From Octopus sinensis (Eukaryota), in NCBI RefSeq assembly GCF_006345805.1, contig NC_043016.1, positions 1,736,001-1,800,000 on the forward strand: a DNA stretch of 64,000 bases, read 5' to 3'. Below, piece by piece: positions 53,803 to 64,000 of the stretch. The position numbers and the translations under genes are program-made. Within the stretch, counting starts at the first letter, position 1. Each line of letters starts with the position of its first letter. The notes under the pieces were generated by a model. The model was not told the origin of the DNA. It saw only the letters and a list, made by a program, of their open reading frames with translations, and made no database searches.

Positions 53803-54596
53803 TATCTTGGTAAAAACGGTAAGATAACAAAAGAAAGAAAGAGACCACAATATTATGTAAATAGAGGAAATTGTGCCTATGTAGACGTATATATGGATTC
53901 GTTTGTACGCGTGTGTGTATATGTACGAGTGTGCAGGTATGTATGTATATAGACGTATGCGTGTGTGCGAGCATAAGAATACATATATACATATAGACGT
54001 TTTCACTCAGTATTTTTACAATTTTTCAAGTTTTTTTTGGGCGTATGTATAATCCTTTTTGTGCGTGTGTGTGTATGCGTATATAAATATGTGCGTGTGT
54101 GTGTATGAGTGCATAAGGGTATGTCCGTATATGAACGTGGTTTACTCTTTGTATACTCCCTTATGCCTTTTTTCTGTATTGTTACCCTTAACCCTGTCTT
54201 TTCTTGTAGACGTATGTATGAACTTTTACGGTGCGCATGTGTGTGTATGAGTTTGTATATGTATGCATATACATTTGGCGAAAATGCGAGTGAAGATGCG
54301 TACGTTTTCATAGTGATGTATACGAACGCACATGGGCGCGCGAGCGCGCATGTATACGTATGAACAGGCATGCTTACGTGTTTACTACGAACTTTTGACC
54401 TTATCTTAATTAGCGGTCATTCGAATTAACAGTAATTTCCCTTTCTATAACGATCTTTTTTCATAGCGTTTTTTCAAATGACCAAATAACCGAAGAGATG
54501 GCGGTGTGGATTTCCACCTCGGCATTCGAAACTCAGAGTTTTATCTTGGCCACCGATAAGTGTCACATATTATTTTACAGTTATATATATATTTAT

Positions 54597-54644
<48 letters not shown>

Positions 54645-54852
54645 TGAGTAGTTGAATGAATTATCTTATTATGGATAATTCGGTTAACCGATACCTGGGT
54701 AGCAAATTCACGTCAGATTAAAATACGGTTGAAGCTACATGCCTAGGGCAGAGAAAACGTGCTATCGTATGGAAATGTGTGTGTTGTTTTTTAAATAAAA
54801 ATAAATGAAAGAATGGAGTTGAACGACGAATTAACAAAATTCCTTTATTTTA

Positions 54853-54936
54853 TTTTCGACATATGTTTCGAAGGCTGCATATTCCTAATTTCGAAGGAAT
54901 AAGCGGTGCATTATGCCGCCTTCTAATCAGGAAAAA
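54853..54936 (-). ncRNA. Type I hammerhead-like motif with extended stem II, paralog of 45992-46076
   Basis: UUUUC CUGAUUA GAAGGC ... GCCUUC GAAAC AUAU GUC GAAAA; G8 is changed to U. Confidence 0.65.
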
Positions 54937-54984
54937 CAAGGAACTTGTATCAGCATCAAGATGCACAAAAACTTTTAGATGACT

Positions 54985-57900
54985 GCCCACACGAAGCCCA
55001 TAGCGATAACACAAGAGCTTCTATACTTTCACACCGAGAGCCTTCCAATATTTCAAGATCACTGATGCGGTACTTCCACTTAATGCCATAGATCCTTCTG
55101 AGACACATATGATGGAAACGTTCCAGTTGTTTAAGGTGGTATCAATATGTGACCCACGTCTCGCAGGTATAGATAAGAGAAGGGAGCACACATGCCTTGT
55201 ACACCTTTATCTTTGTCTTTGTCTTGCATATGTCTTGCCGACTCCAGAGGCGCTTTTCTAGCCTTCCGAAAGCAACACTTGCTTTCATAATTCTATATGG
55301 AACTTCATCATCCACATTGCCATATCTATTAATAGTGCTTCCCAGGTAGACAAACTGATCCACTACATCAAGTCGTTTACCATTCACATAGATATTTGGT
55401 ACTACTTACGAGGGACAGGTTGATGCATGACAACATTTTTCTTTAGATTGACTGTCAATCCTAAAGCAGTGCAAGCATCAGAGAATGCATTCAAAATGTG
55501 TTGCATATCAATCTCTGTGTGTTCTACTAGCTCACAATCATCAGCATACAAAAGATCTCTTATGACAGAGGTAAATATGTTTGTTTTTGCAGCAAGGCGT
55601 CTGATATTATATATGCTGCCAGAATTCCGATAATGGACGTAAACAGTGTATCTGCAGTTTCTGATTGCAATGCGAAATATATGGATAATAGGGTCGGGGC
55701 CAGAATATCCCCATGTTTCACTCCATTTTGTATTGAAATGGGCTCCGACATTTTCCCTCTAATATTCACCCTACCAAAGCAAGGAACTTTTCAGGACACC
55801 CAAGTTTCTGGAGGACTTTCCACAATGCTTTTCTATTGACGGTATCAAAGGCTTTTATCAGATCGACAAAAACCTGATACAAATCCAGACCCTGTTCCAC
55901 ATACTTTTCCTGAAGCTGTCTAGCTGAAAAGATCATATCAGCAGTGCCACATCCCACACGAAAGCCAGATTGACTTTCTGAAAGAACACAATCTGCAATG
56001 TATTTCAGCAGACGATCCAGAAGTATCCTGCATAAAAACTTTCCTACGACAGACAGCAATGATACTCCCCTATAATTACCACAATCATTCCTGTTGCCCT
56101 TTCCCTTATACAGGACCATCATTACTGCATCTCTTCAGTCCTCAAGTACAGATTCACTAGTCCATATCTTACCAAACAAAGAGTGAAGTTTCTGCAGAGG
56201 TTTCTCACCACCATGCTGTAACAACTCCGCATGTATGCCATCCATACCCGGAGACTTCCCATTATTCAACCTTGAGACAGTCATTGCAACTTCTTCCAGC
56301 TTTGGTGGTTCTGCGAGTGCTGCCTTCACAGTCAATCCAGGGATGAGATTGAGAACATCCTCACTAACTACAGACTGCTGATTCAATAGTTCATCAAAGT
56401 GTTTTTGCCACCTTCGCAGAATTCCTTGTGAATCACGAAGTTCTTTACCATCCCTGCTTCGAAGTGGTGTCATCAGGGAAGACGTCGGTCCATAAACTTC
56501 TCGCAAGAGACCATACAACAGCTTTGTGTTATTGGAATCTGACGCCACCTGTATCTCGTCAGCCTTCTTACTCCACCACGTATCCCTCATCTGAGAGAGC
56601 CTTTGCCTCACACGTTATTTTACGTCCTTGAGTTCCCTATGCAACACTTCCTTTTCCTGTGGCTTTGCTGACAAATAGCGTGACAAAGTAAGTCTTTTAT
56701 GAGCCAATAAATCATCTATATGTTCATCATTTTCTTTGAACCAATCTTGATGCTTTCTTTGTATCAATCCCAGAACTTTCTTGCCTATATTATAAACTGA
56801 CTTTTTAAGGGTCGGCCAATCCTCCCAAATATCTGCAGCATTCATTTCCTCTCGTAAAGTTCTCTTCAAACTGTTATACCTAAGACGATCAACATTCAGT
56901 CTTTTAGGCAGAGTAATCCCTGCAGCTCGGATTTTATGTTTTGTGACTAATTTCACTTTTGCGCGTACTAGGCGGTGGTCAGTCCAACACTCAGCTCCAC
57001 GAAGAACACGAACACACTGCACATCCTGTCTGTCACGCACCCTAACTACGATGTAATCCAGAATATGCCATTCTTTAGATGCTGTGTGCATCCATGTAGT
57101 CTTAAGCTTATTCTTTTGTTGAAACATGATATTGGTAACACACAAATTCAGCTCCTCACACATCTGCAGCAAAAGCATGCCATTACTATTACACTTCCCC
57201 ACCCCATGCTTTCCAATTACAGTCCATGTGTTAAAATCCCTACCCACTCAAGCATTAAAGTCACCCAGTACGATGACTTTGTCTGCCCGAGGGATATTTC
57301 TTATAATGCTCTTCAAAGCATGGTAGAAAGAAAGTTTTTTGTCGTCAGTATAGCACATAGTTGTAGCATACACACTCACCAAGGTCATATAATTTCCTTT
57401 ATCCAAAGGAATTCTCATGGACATAAGACGCTCGTTAATTCCGATTGGGAATTCTTCTAAATTGTCCACAAGATTAGTCTTAACAGCAAATGCCACTCCC
57501 GCCTCTCCTCCAAACTCTTCATTCCTCCCGTTCCAAAAGAATGTATATTTTCCACAAGATTCTGTAAGATGACCATCTCCAGCTAATCTCGTCTCAGATA
57601 AAGCAACGGTGTAAATATCATAGTGTTGAAGCTCCTTCGCAACAAGCGCAGTCCTTCTTTCAGGACATTCAGAGGACTTGCGGTCAAGCAGTGTCCGTAC
57701 ATTCCAACAGCCAATATTCACTGTTTTCTTTTGTTCTATCACAGTAGCATGATGACGGCCGGGTTCAGACTGTGATGCTCTGGAGCCCCTGCCGGGCCAG
57801 ACTCTTTTAGCCGATGTGGTTCCAGAGTCCTTACTGCCATTTATTTTTATACTGTTTTGGTACATCATTGATTTTTTCCTTTTTAAGGCAAAAAATCAAT

Positions 57901-58290
57901 GATGTACCAGGCAGGGGCTCCAGAGCATCACAGTCTGAACCCGGCCGTCATCATGCTACTCAGCCATTCAGTTGAGACTCACAGCACCATCAACAATCAT
58001 GAATTATCAATTTAATCAATCCAATGTAGTTATCGTGCAATGCTTGTGCAAAAATATTTTTTTTTAAGTGAGGAAAGGCTGTGCACTGAGTCAATCCCAC
58101 TCACTAAGCAACAGCAGCCATAATCCGAAAAGAAGAACAAGTCGACATCCTCGGTAACCACTGAGCCGCAGGTTTTATGTCGGAGTTATCCCAGTTACCT
58201 GAGTTACCTTCTCCTGGAAGGATGCCCTGACAAAGGCTAGGAGTCCTTCACTCCCAATGGTTTAACCGCGCGATCGGGTATTCAGTCCGA
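54985..58290 (-). mobile_element. RTE-clade LINE with 5' UTR, APE and fragmented RT; internally deleted
   Basis: NIGCWNVRTLLD...ERRTALVAKEL, VALSETRL, VLGDFNA, WHILDY, CWTDHRLV, GKSPGMDGIHAE, NYRGVSLLS, FVDLIKAFDTVNR, GVKHGDILAPTLL and FVYLGS; RTE-type 5' UTR at ~58040-58290. Confidence 0.93.
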
Positions 58291-59639
58291 TTATTTATAT
58301 GTCCCCCATACATACATACATACATACATACACACATCTTTTATCTGTTATTTGTTTCAGCCTGTAGCACTGCTGCAGCATCACCTTGAATAATCTTTAG
58401 TCTAATGAATCGATCCAGTACTCTTTTATAAGCCTGGTACTTATTCTATCGGTATCTTTAGCCGAACCGCTAAATTACGGTGACATAAATACACCAACAC
58501 TGGCTGTCAAGCGGTGGTGAGAAACAAACGTAGACACATACACATACATACATAGATACATACATTCATATATATACATACAAACATGCATTCAGATATA
58601 CATAGAGATATACACACACACGCACACATACACACACACACACATATATGCATACTCTAGGCTTATGTAAGGATAACAAATAGTGTTGTTCGGGACAGAC
58701 AAAAGAAGGCATGTACCATCATGGAGATCAGCTGTTCTACTGATTTGAATACGTCTGTACATTAAAGAGAAAAAAGATACGTATGTACAACTGCTACGAA
58801 AATTCTGGCTTCTGTATCCGGATTACATATTTACATTTAAACCGATAATAATCGGTATAAATGCCTAGCTGTCAGTCTAGATAAGCTTGGGTTTATAGAA
58901 ATCAACCTATTGATTCGTACATTACAAATACAATCTGTAAGCAGAACAGTAAAACTATGCAAGACTTTCTCAGGTTTAAAATGTTACACACACACACACA
59001 CTGACACACATATGAATTCATAGATTTTTGCAATTTTTTTGTCACAGACTGGTTTAATACATTTGTTCTGTTAATTCATATGTATTTATATACTGAAATA
59101 GAATACATTTTTAATCTCTGCGTAGCTGATTTTCAGTTTAACAATCAATTTTTTTTTATAAGACAAGACAAAATTTACATTTTCAATGAATTTAAGCTGA
59201 GTAGAATATGTAATCAAGACTTTCACATAACGACGGGAAATATTATTTAACTGGACAACATAGAACGACGTGGGTTTTTTAACTACTTTAAAGTACTTGT
59301 CTTTCTAGCTGAGTAGCTAAGACTTTCTCAACAGAATAACAGAGCTTAAGTTAGAGTTGCGTGCGCGCGCTCGCACGTGTGGGTAGCTGACCTTTTGACG
59401 TCCTCTGGAACAGCTATAGTCGAAAGTTCTTTTGTAAATATCCTTTTCATAAAATCAGCCAAACCCATTACTTCAACGAACAACATGAAGAACAAATAAA
59501 AACATAGTTACTTGTTGGCAAACTGAACAGGTTTAGTACGGTCAAAATTGGAATTTAAATGCTTAACTATGAGGCTTGTCTATTTTCTTTTAATTCTTAT
59601 TTTGTTTTTAATTTTAGGAGCACCCTTAACATATAATAA

Positions 59640-60150
59640 AACAGACAGATGTCATATCATTGGGGGTGTCACATTTAGAAAGCCGAGCGAACGAATCCTC
59701 AGTCCTTGGTCAAACAAAGACAAAACTTGGTGTCTGATGTCACAGCCGTTTTACATTTTGAGCAAGCACGACGAGGTTTACTGGTAACCTCCAGGTGTCG
59801 ACGAGAGCTCATCACCTGTTGTGTTTCAGGAGAATTTCGGGATCTTTCAAATTTATAGTAGCGAAGACTGGCACGACCACTTAGGCCATTTCTAGGTCGA
59901 GACAAATTATACAGCTTCAGAAGTCATAAGGACTTGTTAAGTCATGGAGATGCCGTGCAACCAAGTGCTTATCAACTTCTTCTACCATGCCTTATAGGCG
60001 ACAACAACCTTCTCCATATCTGAAGTCATGTCAAAGAATTTTATGGGCAGGTGTGTATTTCTGATCACTACATATGCAACAGCATACGTTTTCCGCACAA
60101 AGAAGGAAAAGTTCTTCCAAACATCGGTCAGCACTTCTTGCTATTGTGAC
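59640..60150 (-). mobile_element. Probable piggyBac transposase C-terminal relic
   Basis: KPRRACSKCK...FCLCLTKD resembles the piggyBac cysteine-rich domain; the upstream GMVEEVDKHL / CLDLEMA resembles MGGVD..DQ / LLD.A..NA. Confidence 0.45.
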
Positions 60151-60309
60151 AGAAAAAAGCCCTCGGGTTTTTAGCAACGTAGATATACACATGTGTATAG
60201 GTGACTTTGATGAGTTATTCCTTACCTACTCCTAGTTTCACGCAAGTGAATAATCGATTATTCCCCAAAGTATTGATCTCCCCGATTTCCATTTCTAAAC
60301 ATGACAGTA

Positions 60310-60325
60310 TATATCTATCTATCTG

Positions 60326-60414
<89 letters not shown>

Positions 60415-60442
60415 ATATCTATCTATCTATCTATCTATCTAT
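60310..60442. repeat. (TATC)n microsatellite with no adjacent Tx1
   Basis: Read directly from the sequence. Confidence 0.95.
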
Positions 60443-60714
60443 CGATGCGTCTGTGTCTGTGTGTGTGAGATTCTATGTGCGTGTGTACACGTATATATGC
60501 AATGTAGCTACACACGTGCTGTTGGTGAGTTCGTTTCCGTCTTTGTACTTTTTCCTTTCTCCTTTGCGACTAAGAGCTATGCTCAAAACTTCTGTCTTTT
60601 CAACGAGCATCAATCTAATACATTCCATATGCACGTCCTCTTGTTGTTCGTTAAGGTTATTATTCGTTGTTTTCAATTGATTGTTTATTTGGCTATATAT
60701 AAGTATATAACCTT

Positions 60715-60915
60715 TTATTTTTTACTTGTGTCAGTCATTTGAGTGTGGCCATGCTGAAGCCCCACCTTTTGTCAAAGAAATCTACCTCAAGACTTATTCT
60801 TTATAAGCCTAGTACTTATTCTATCAGCTCCTTTTTCCGAACCGTTACGTTACGAGAACATAAACACACCAACATCGGTTGTCAAGCGAAGGTATGCGGG
60901 GGGAACAAACACGGA
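60715..60915 (-). mobile_element. Family 1 SINE 3' half; similar pieces at 45690-45860 (-), 50488-50660 (+) and 58325-58530 (-)
   Basis: Matches parts of 33563-33965. Confidence 0.8.
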
Positions 60916-61589
60916 CGCACAAACATATACATATATATGTAGGCCAGACTGCTAGCTCTCTCTTTTTGGGTCTGATCGTGGTCAGTACAACATCGATATT
61001 CTTGGCTGTATTTGTGAAACTTATGTATCTCTGCCGTAAGGCTTCATTTCCACATACGCCAGCTGAATTCAATTCGTCACTAGTCGAAAGATACCTGTTG
61101 TTATGTCCTGTTATTATTATTTTTATTATTTTTATTGTATATATATTGTATTTATATTTGTATGAAAGTGTCTGTTTTCCGTCCTTGTTTTCATATACAT
61201 TCGATGCTTTCTTTCAAGGAACCTAATGCCGTTAGCTTAGCTTTTCCTTGGGGCTGGCCAGACTGGAGCAATCTCAAGATTAATCAGCCGAAATTGCGAG
61301 GATGATCCGGTTCTTGACTGAGAATAGAAAGCTTCGAATGAACCGTCCTTGATTTTTTGTATCGTCTATCTGGATGATTTGTTGTCCCTTTCTGTATCAC
61401 CTAGTTGTCCGGATGTTTGGCGTTCTTGTCCCATTTTGTATTATATATATGTAATATAATATATATGCATATAATATATATGCATATATACACACGCATG
61501 TTACATACATCTACACACACGCACAAACACACACACACACACACACACATATATGCATATGTGGGTACAGGACGTTATGAGAGGTGTAC

Positions 61590-62400
61590 AACAACAAAAA
61601 AATACGAAGTACGAGAACATGGAATATGAACTATTTTTTCGAACAACGAAAGTCACAAGTGGAAAACAGGACAAACAATATAAAGAACGACCTGTCAGCA
61701 GTTGTTGCTAGATTTTTTGCTCTCGTATTTCGAGCATTTAACAATAATATACACTTTCGATAAAACACTTGCCCCCGGAAAGCAGATGAAATAAAATTTA
61801 GGATTTTGCGGAGGTGTCTGAGGAGAGTCATTCTCTTTTAGAGCCTTATAATTTAACACACTCATCGGTAAAATTACTACTTATTCCATTATTTTTTTTT
61901 CTAAAATTTTCGTTGCGTCATGCAACCTTTTTAAACTATTAATAGGTTGCGAAATGCAACGACAATTTTAGTAAAATAAAAAAGAAATAAATGGAAATTT
62001 TACCGATGCGTGTGTTAAATTATAAAGCACTAAAAGAGAATGACCCTCCCCTGACACAACAGAATATGCTTCAACACACTAACTTACATAAAGTATCTTG
62101 CAAACCAAATCCCAAAAAGAAAAAAAATATATATATATATTTATATACGCATGTATACATACATATACATACATACTTACATATATATAGAACGTAAACA
62201 ACTTGAAATACGAAATACGAAAACATGGAATACGAACTTTTTTGCGAACACCGAAAGAAACAAATGGAAAACAAGACAAGCAACATAAAGAACGACCATT
62301 CATTAGTTTTCGGCTGTTTTATCTACTCCACATTTCGAGCATTTACAACGAAATGTGCCTTCGTCAAAACAGTTGCTTCCGCAAAGCAAATTAAATAAAA
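61590..62400. repeat. Cluster of PLE-terminal-repeat-like segments in direct and inverted orientation
   Basis: 61590-61800 is similar to 62190-62410 and to 14215-14400; 61815-61870 is inverted at 61995-62060 and is shared with 49195-49265. Confidence 0.65.
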
Positions 62401-63049
62401 TTTGGGATTTGCGGAGGGTAAGATTTGATAACAAAAGTAGGACAGGTAAAACGGTAAAGGCTGTTAAGCCATGACGAGGTGAGGTGGCGAACGCTGGAGA
62501 AATAAGCTTTGACAGGAGACAGACAAGAATGCGTCTTATCTCTGTAGCAGATCGGAAGAAGAGAAACTCAAGATAGGAAAAGGAAGATGGCCGATGGTCA
62601 CGTGTGAACAACGAGACAGAAAATAAGGAAGAGTAAGGAAGAGTAAGGAAGAGAGAGAGACATATAGAGAACGGTGAAGGGAAGAGGAAAAGAATTAGAG
62701 AAAGAATGAGAGAGAAGAAAATGAAAGAGGGAGACAGGGAGATAAAACGAATTACAGAAAGGAAGAGAGGATACGAAAGAGAAATAGAAATAGAATAGAG
62801 CAACTTTCGCATCAAAATTATTACGATAAAACGTACTTGGAAATGGATGCGTGGCGTTCAGTCATATAATAATATAAACACAACACACACACACACGTGC
62901 ACACATATATATATAAATAAATATATATATATATATAAACATATATATACATCTATATATATATATTATATTATATTTATATATTTTATATATTTTATAT
63001 ATTTATATTTTATATTTTTATATTTCATCTAGTTTCAGCTCACGAGCTG

Positions 63050-64000
63050 TAGTCATGCTGGGGCACCGCCATTTGGTGTTGCTACATGATTATACTTCAC
63101 GAATGCTTTTTAGCAATTGCCCTTTGGTGCATGAGAGAGTTCGATGCAGCTGCCCTCATCTGCACCTCCTGCCGTGAAGTTGGTTCATCTGGGACACCTG
63201 ACAGGAGGAGATCCAGTTTCATTTTAAAGACATCTGCATCCACCCCATGCAGGTCTCTTAGGTTCTTTGGGAGGATATTGAAGAGCTGTGAAGCCCAGCT
63301 GTGAAGAGCTGAAGCCCAGGCTATCACAGTATCTAGTTCTACATCTTGATGGCAAATTTGGAGTCCTTGTCACTATACAGTGGCGCCCAATTCTAATATT
63401 TGTGTAACTCTCGATGCCAAAGTTTGGGACAAGTCCTTCCAGGATCTTCCAGATGTATATTATGGCATATCTTTCTCGCCTACCCTCTAAGGAATAGAGT
63501 CTTAATCTCTTGAATCTTTCCCAATAGCTTATATGCTACACAGAGGCTATCTTCTTCGTGTAGCTACGTTGGATCGCCTCAAGTTCTGTGATTAATTTGA
63601 CACTGGATGGTGACCATAGCTAAGAGCAATAGTCAAAGTGGCTTAGGACAAGTGTCCTCCAGAGGACCATCATGGTTTCCTGGTCTCTTCTTCTAAAGGT
63701 TCTAAGAATCCATCCGGTCAGCTGCCTACATTTCATTGCCAATTTAGCAAGATGCACATGAAAGGTTGCATCATTACTCATGTAAATATCCAGGTCTCGC
63801 ACTGATTGTGCCTCTGGGATTACAATCCCTCCAAGTCCAGTGTATTTATTGGGTATTGCATTTAGTTTTGCATGCTGGTAGTATAAAGCTTGAAATTTTT
63901 CAGCATTGAACTGCATGCTATTCTTTTCAGCCCACTTGTATATTTTGTCCAGCTCACATTTCAGGTGCCTAGTGTCTTCAGGGTTCTGTATTACCTGTGA
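63050..64000 (-). mobile_element. CR1-type LINE, RT C-terminal region and 3' end; continues beyond the window
   Basis: MQFNAEKFQAL, GWILRTFRRRD...LWRTLVLSHFDYCS, SYWERFKRLRLYSLE.RRERY and LFNILPKNLRDL...FKMKLDLLL..VPDEP. Confidence 0.9.

Noticed and set aside
58150-58290. Possible HDV-like ribozyme in the RTE 5' UTR
   Set aside because: Such ribozymes are known in RTE elements, but I could not build the P1/P1.1/P2/P3 nested pseudoknot by eye; it needs a descriptor search.
60310-60442. (TATC)n tract as a further Tx1 insertion site
   Set aside because: No Tx1 sequence on either side; it is an unoccupied microsatellite.
62315-62372. Hammerhead-like UUGACGA...GAAAU motif on the minus strand
   Set aside because: The stem I register is off by one and stem III is weak; noted only as a decayed member of the PLE repeat cluster.

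Overview
AT-rich, repeat-saturated animal genomic DNA; the SINE families and microsatellite load resemble a cephalopod (Octopus-like) genome, which is an inference. No intact host gene, rRNA, true tRNA gene or CRISPR array can be supported, and most ORF-track entries are translated microsatellites. The window is a mosaic of decayed transposons: Tx1/L1-clade LINEs (one near-full-length but lacking RT), R4/Dong-like restriction-like-endonuclease (RLE) LINEs, RTE and CR1-type LINEs, Penelope-like elements (PLEs), Tc1, mariner, hAT and a probable piggyBac relic, plus tRNA-derived SINEs. Three patterns stand out. (i) Elements sort by microsatellite: Dong-like LINEs and an unclassified ~550-bp element sit in (AAT)n with fixed polarity, a Tx1 family sits in (TATC)n, and PLE terminal repeats sit at (TA)n. 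(ii) About ten hammerhead-ribozyme-like motifs were folded by eye, including three with a compensated U3-A8 core (UUGAAAA) and a family with a branched, extended stem II. (iii) There are several long fold-back palindromes and inverted duplications. Element boundaries and identities are estimated by eye and are approximate.
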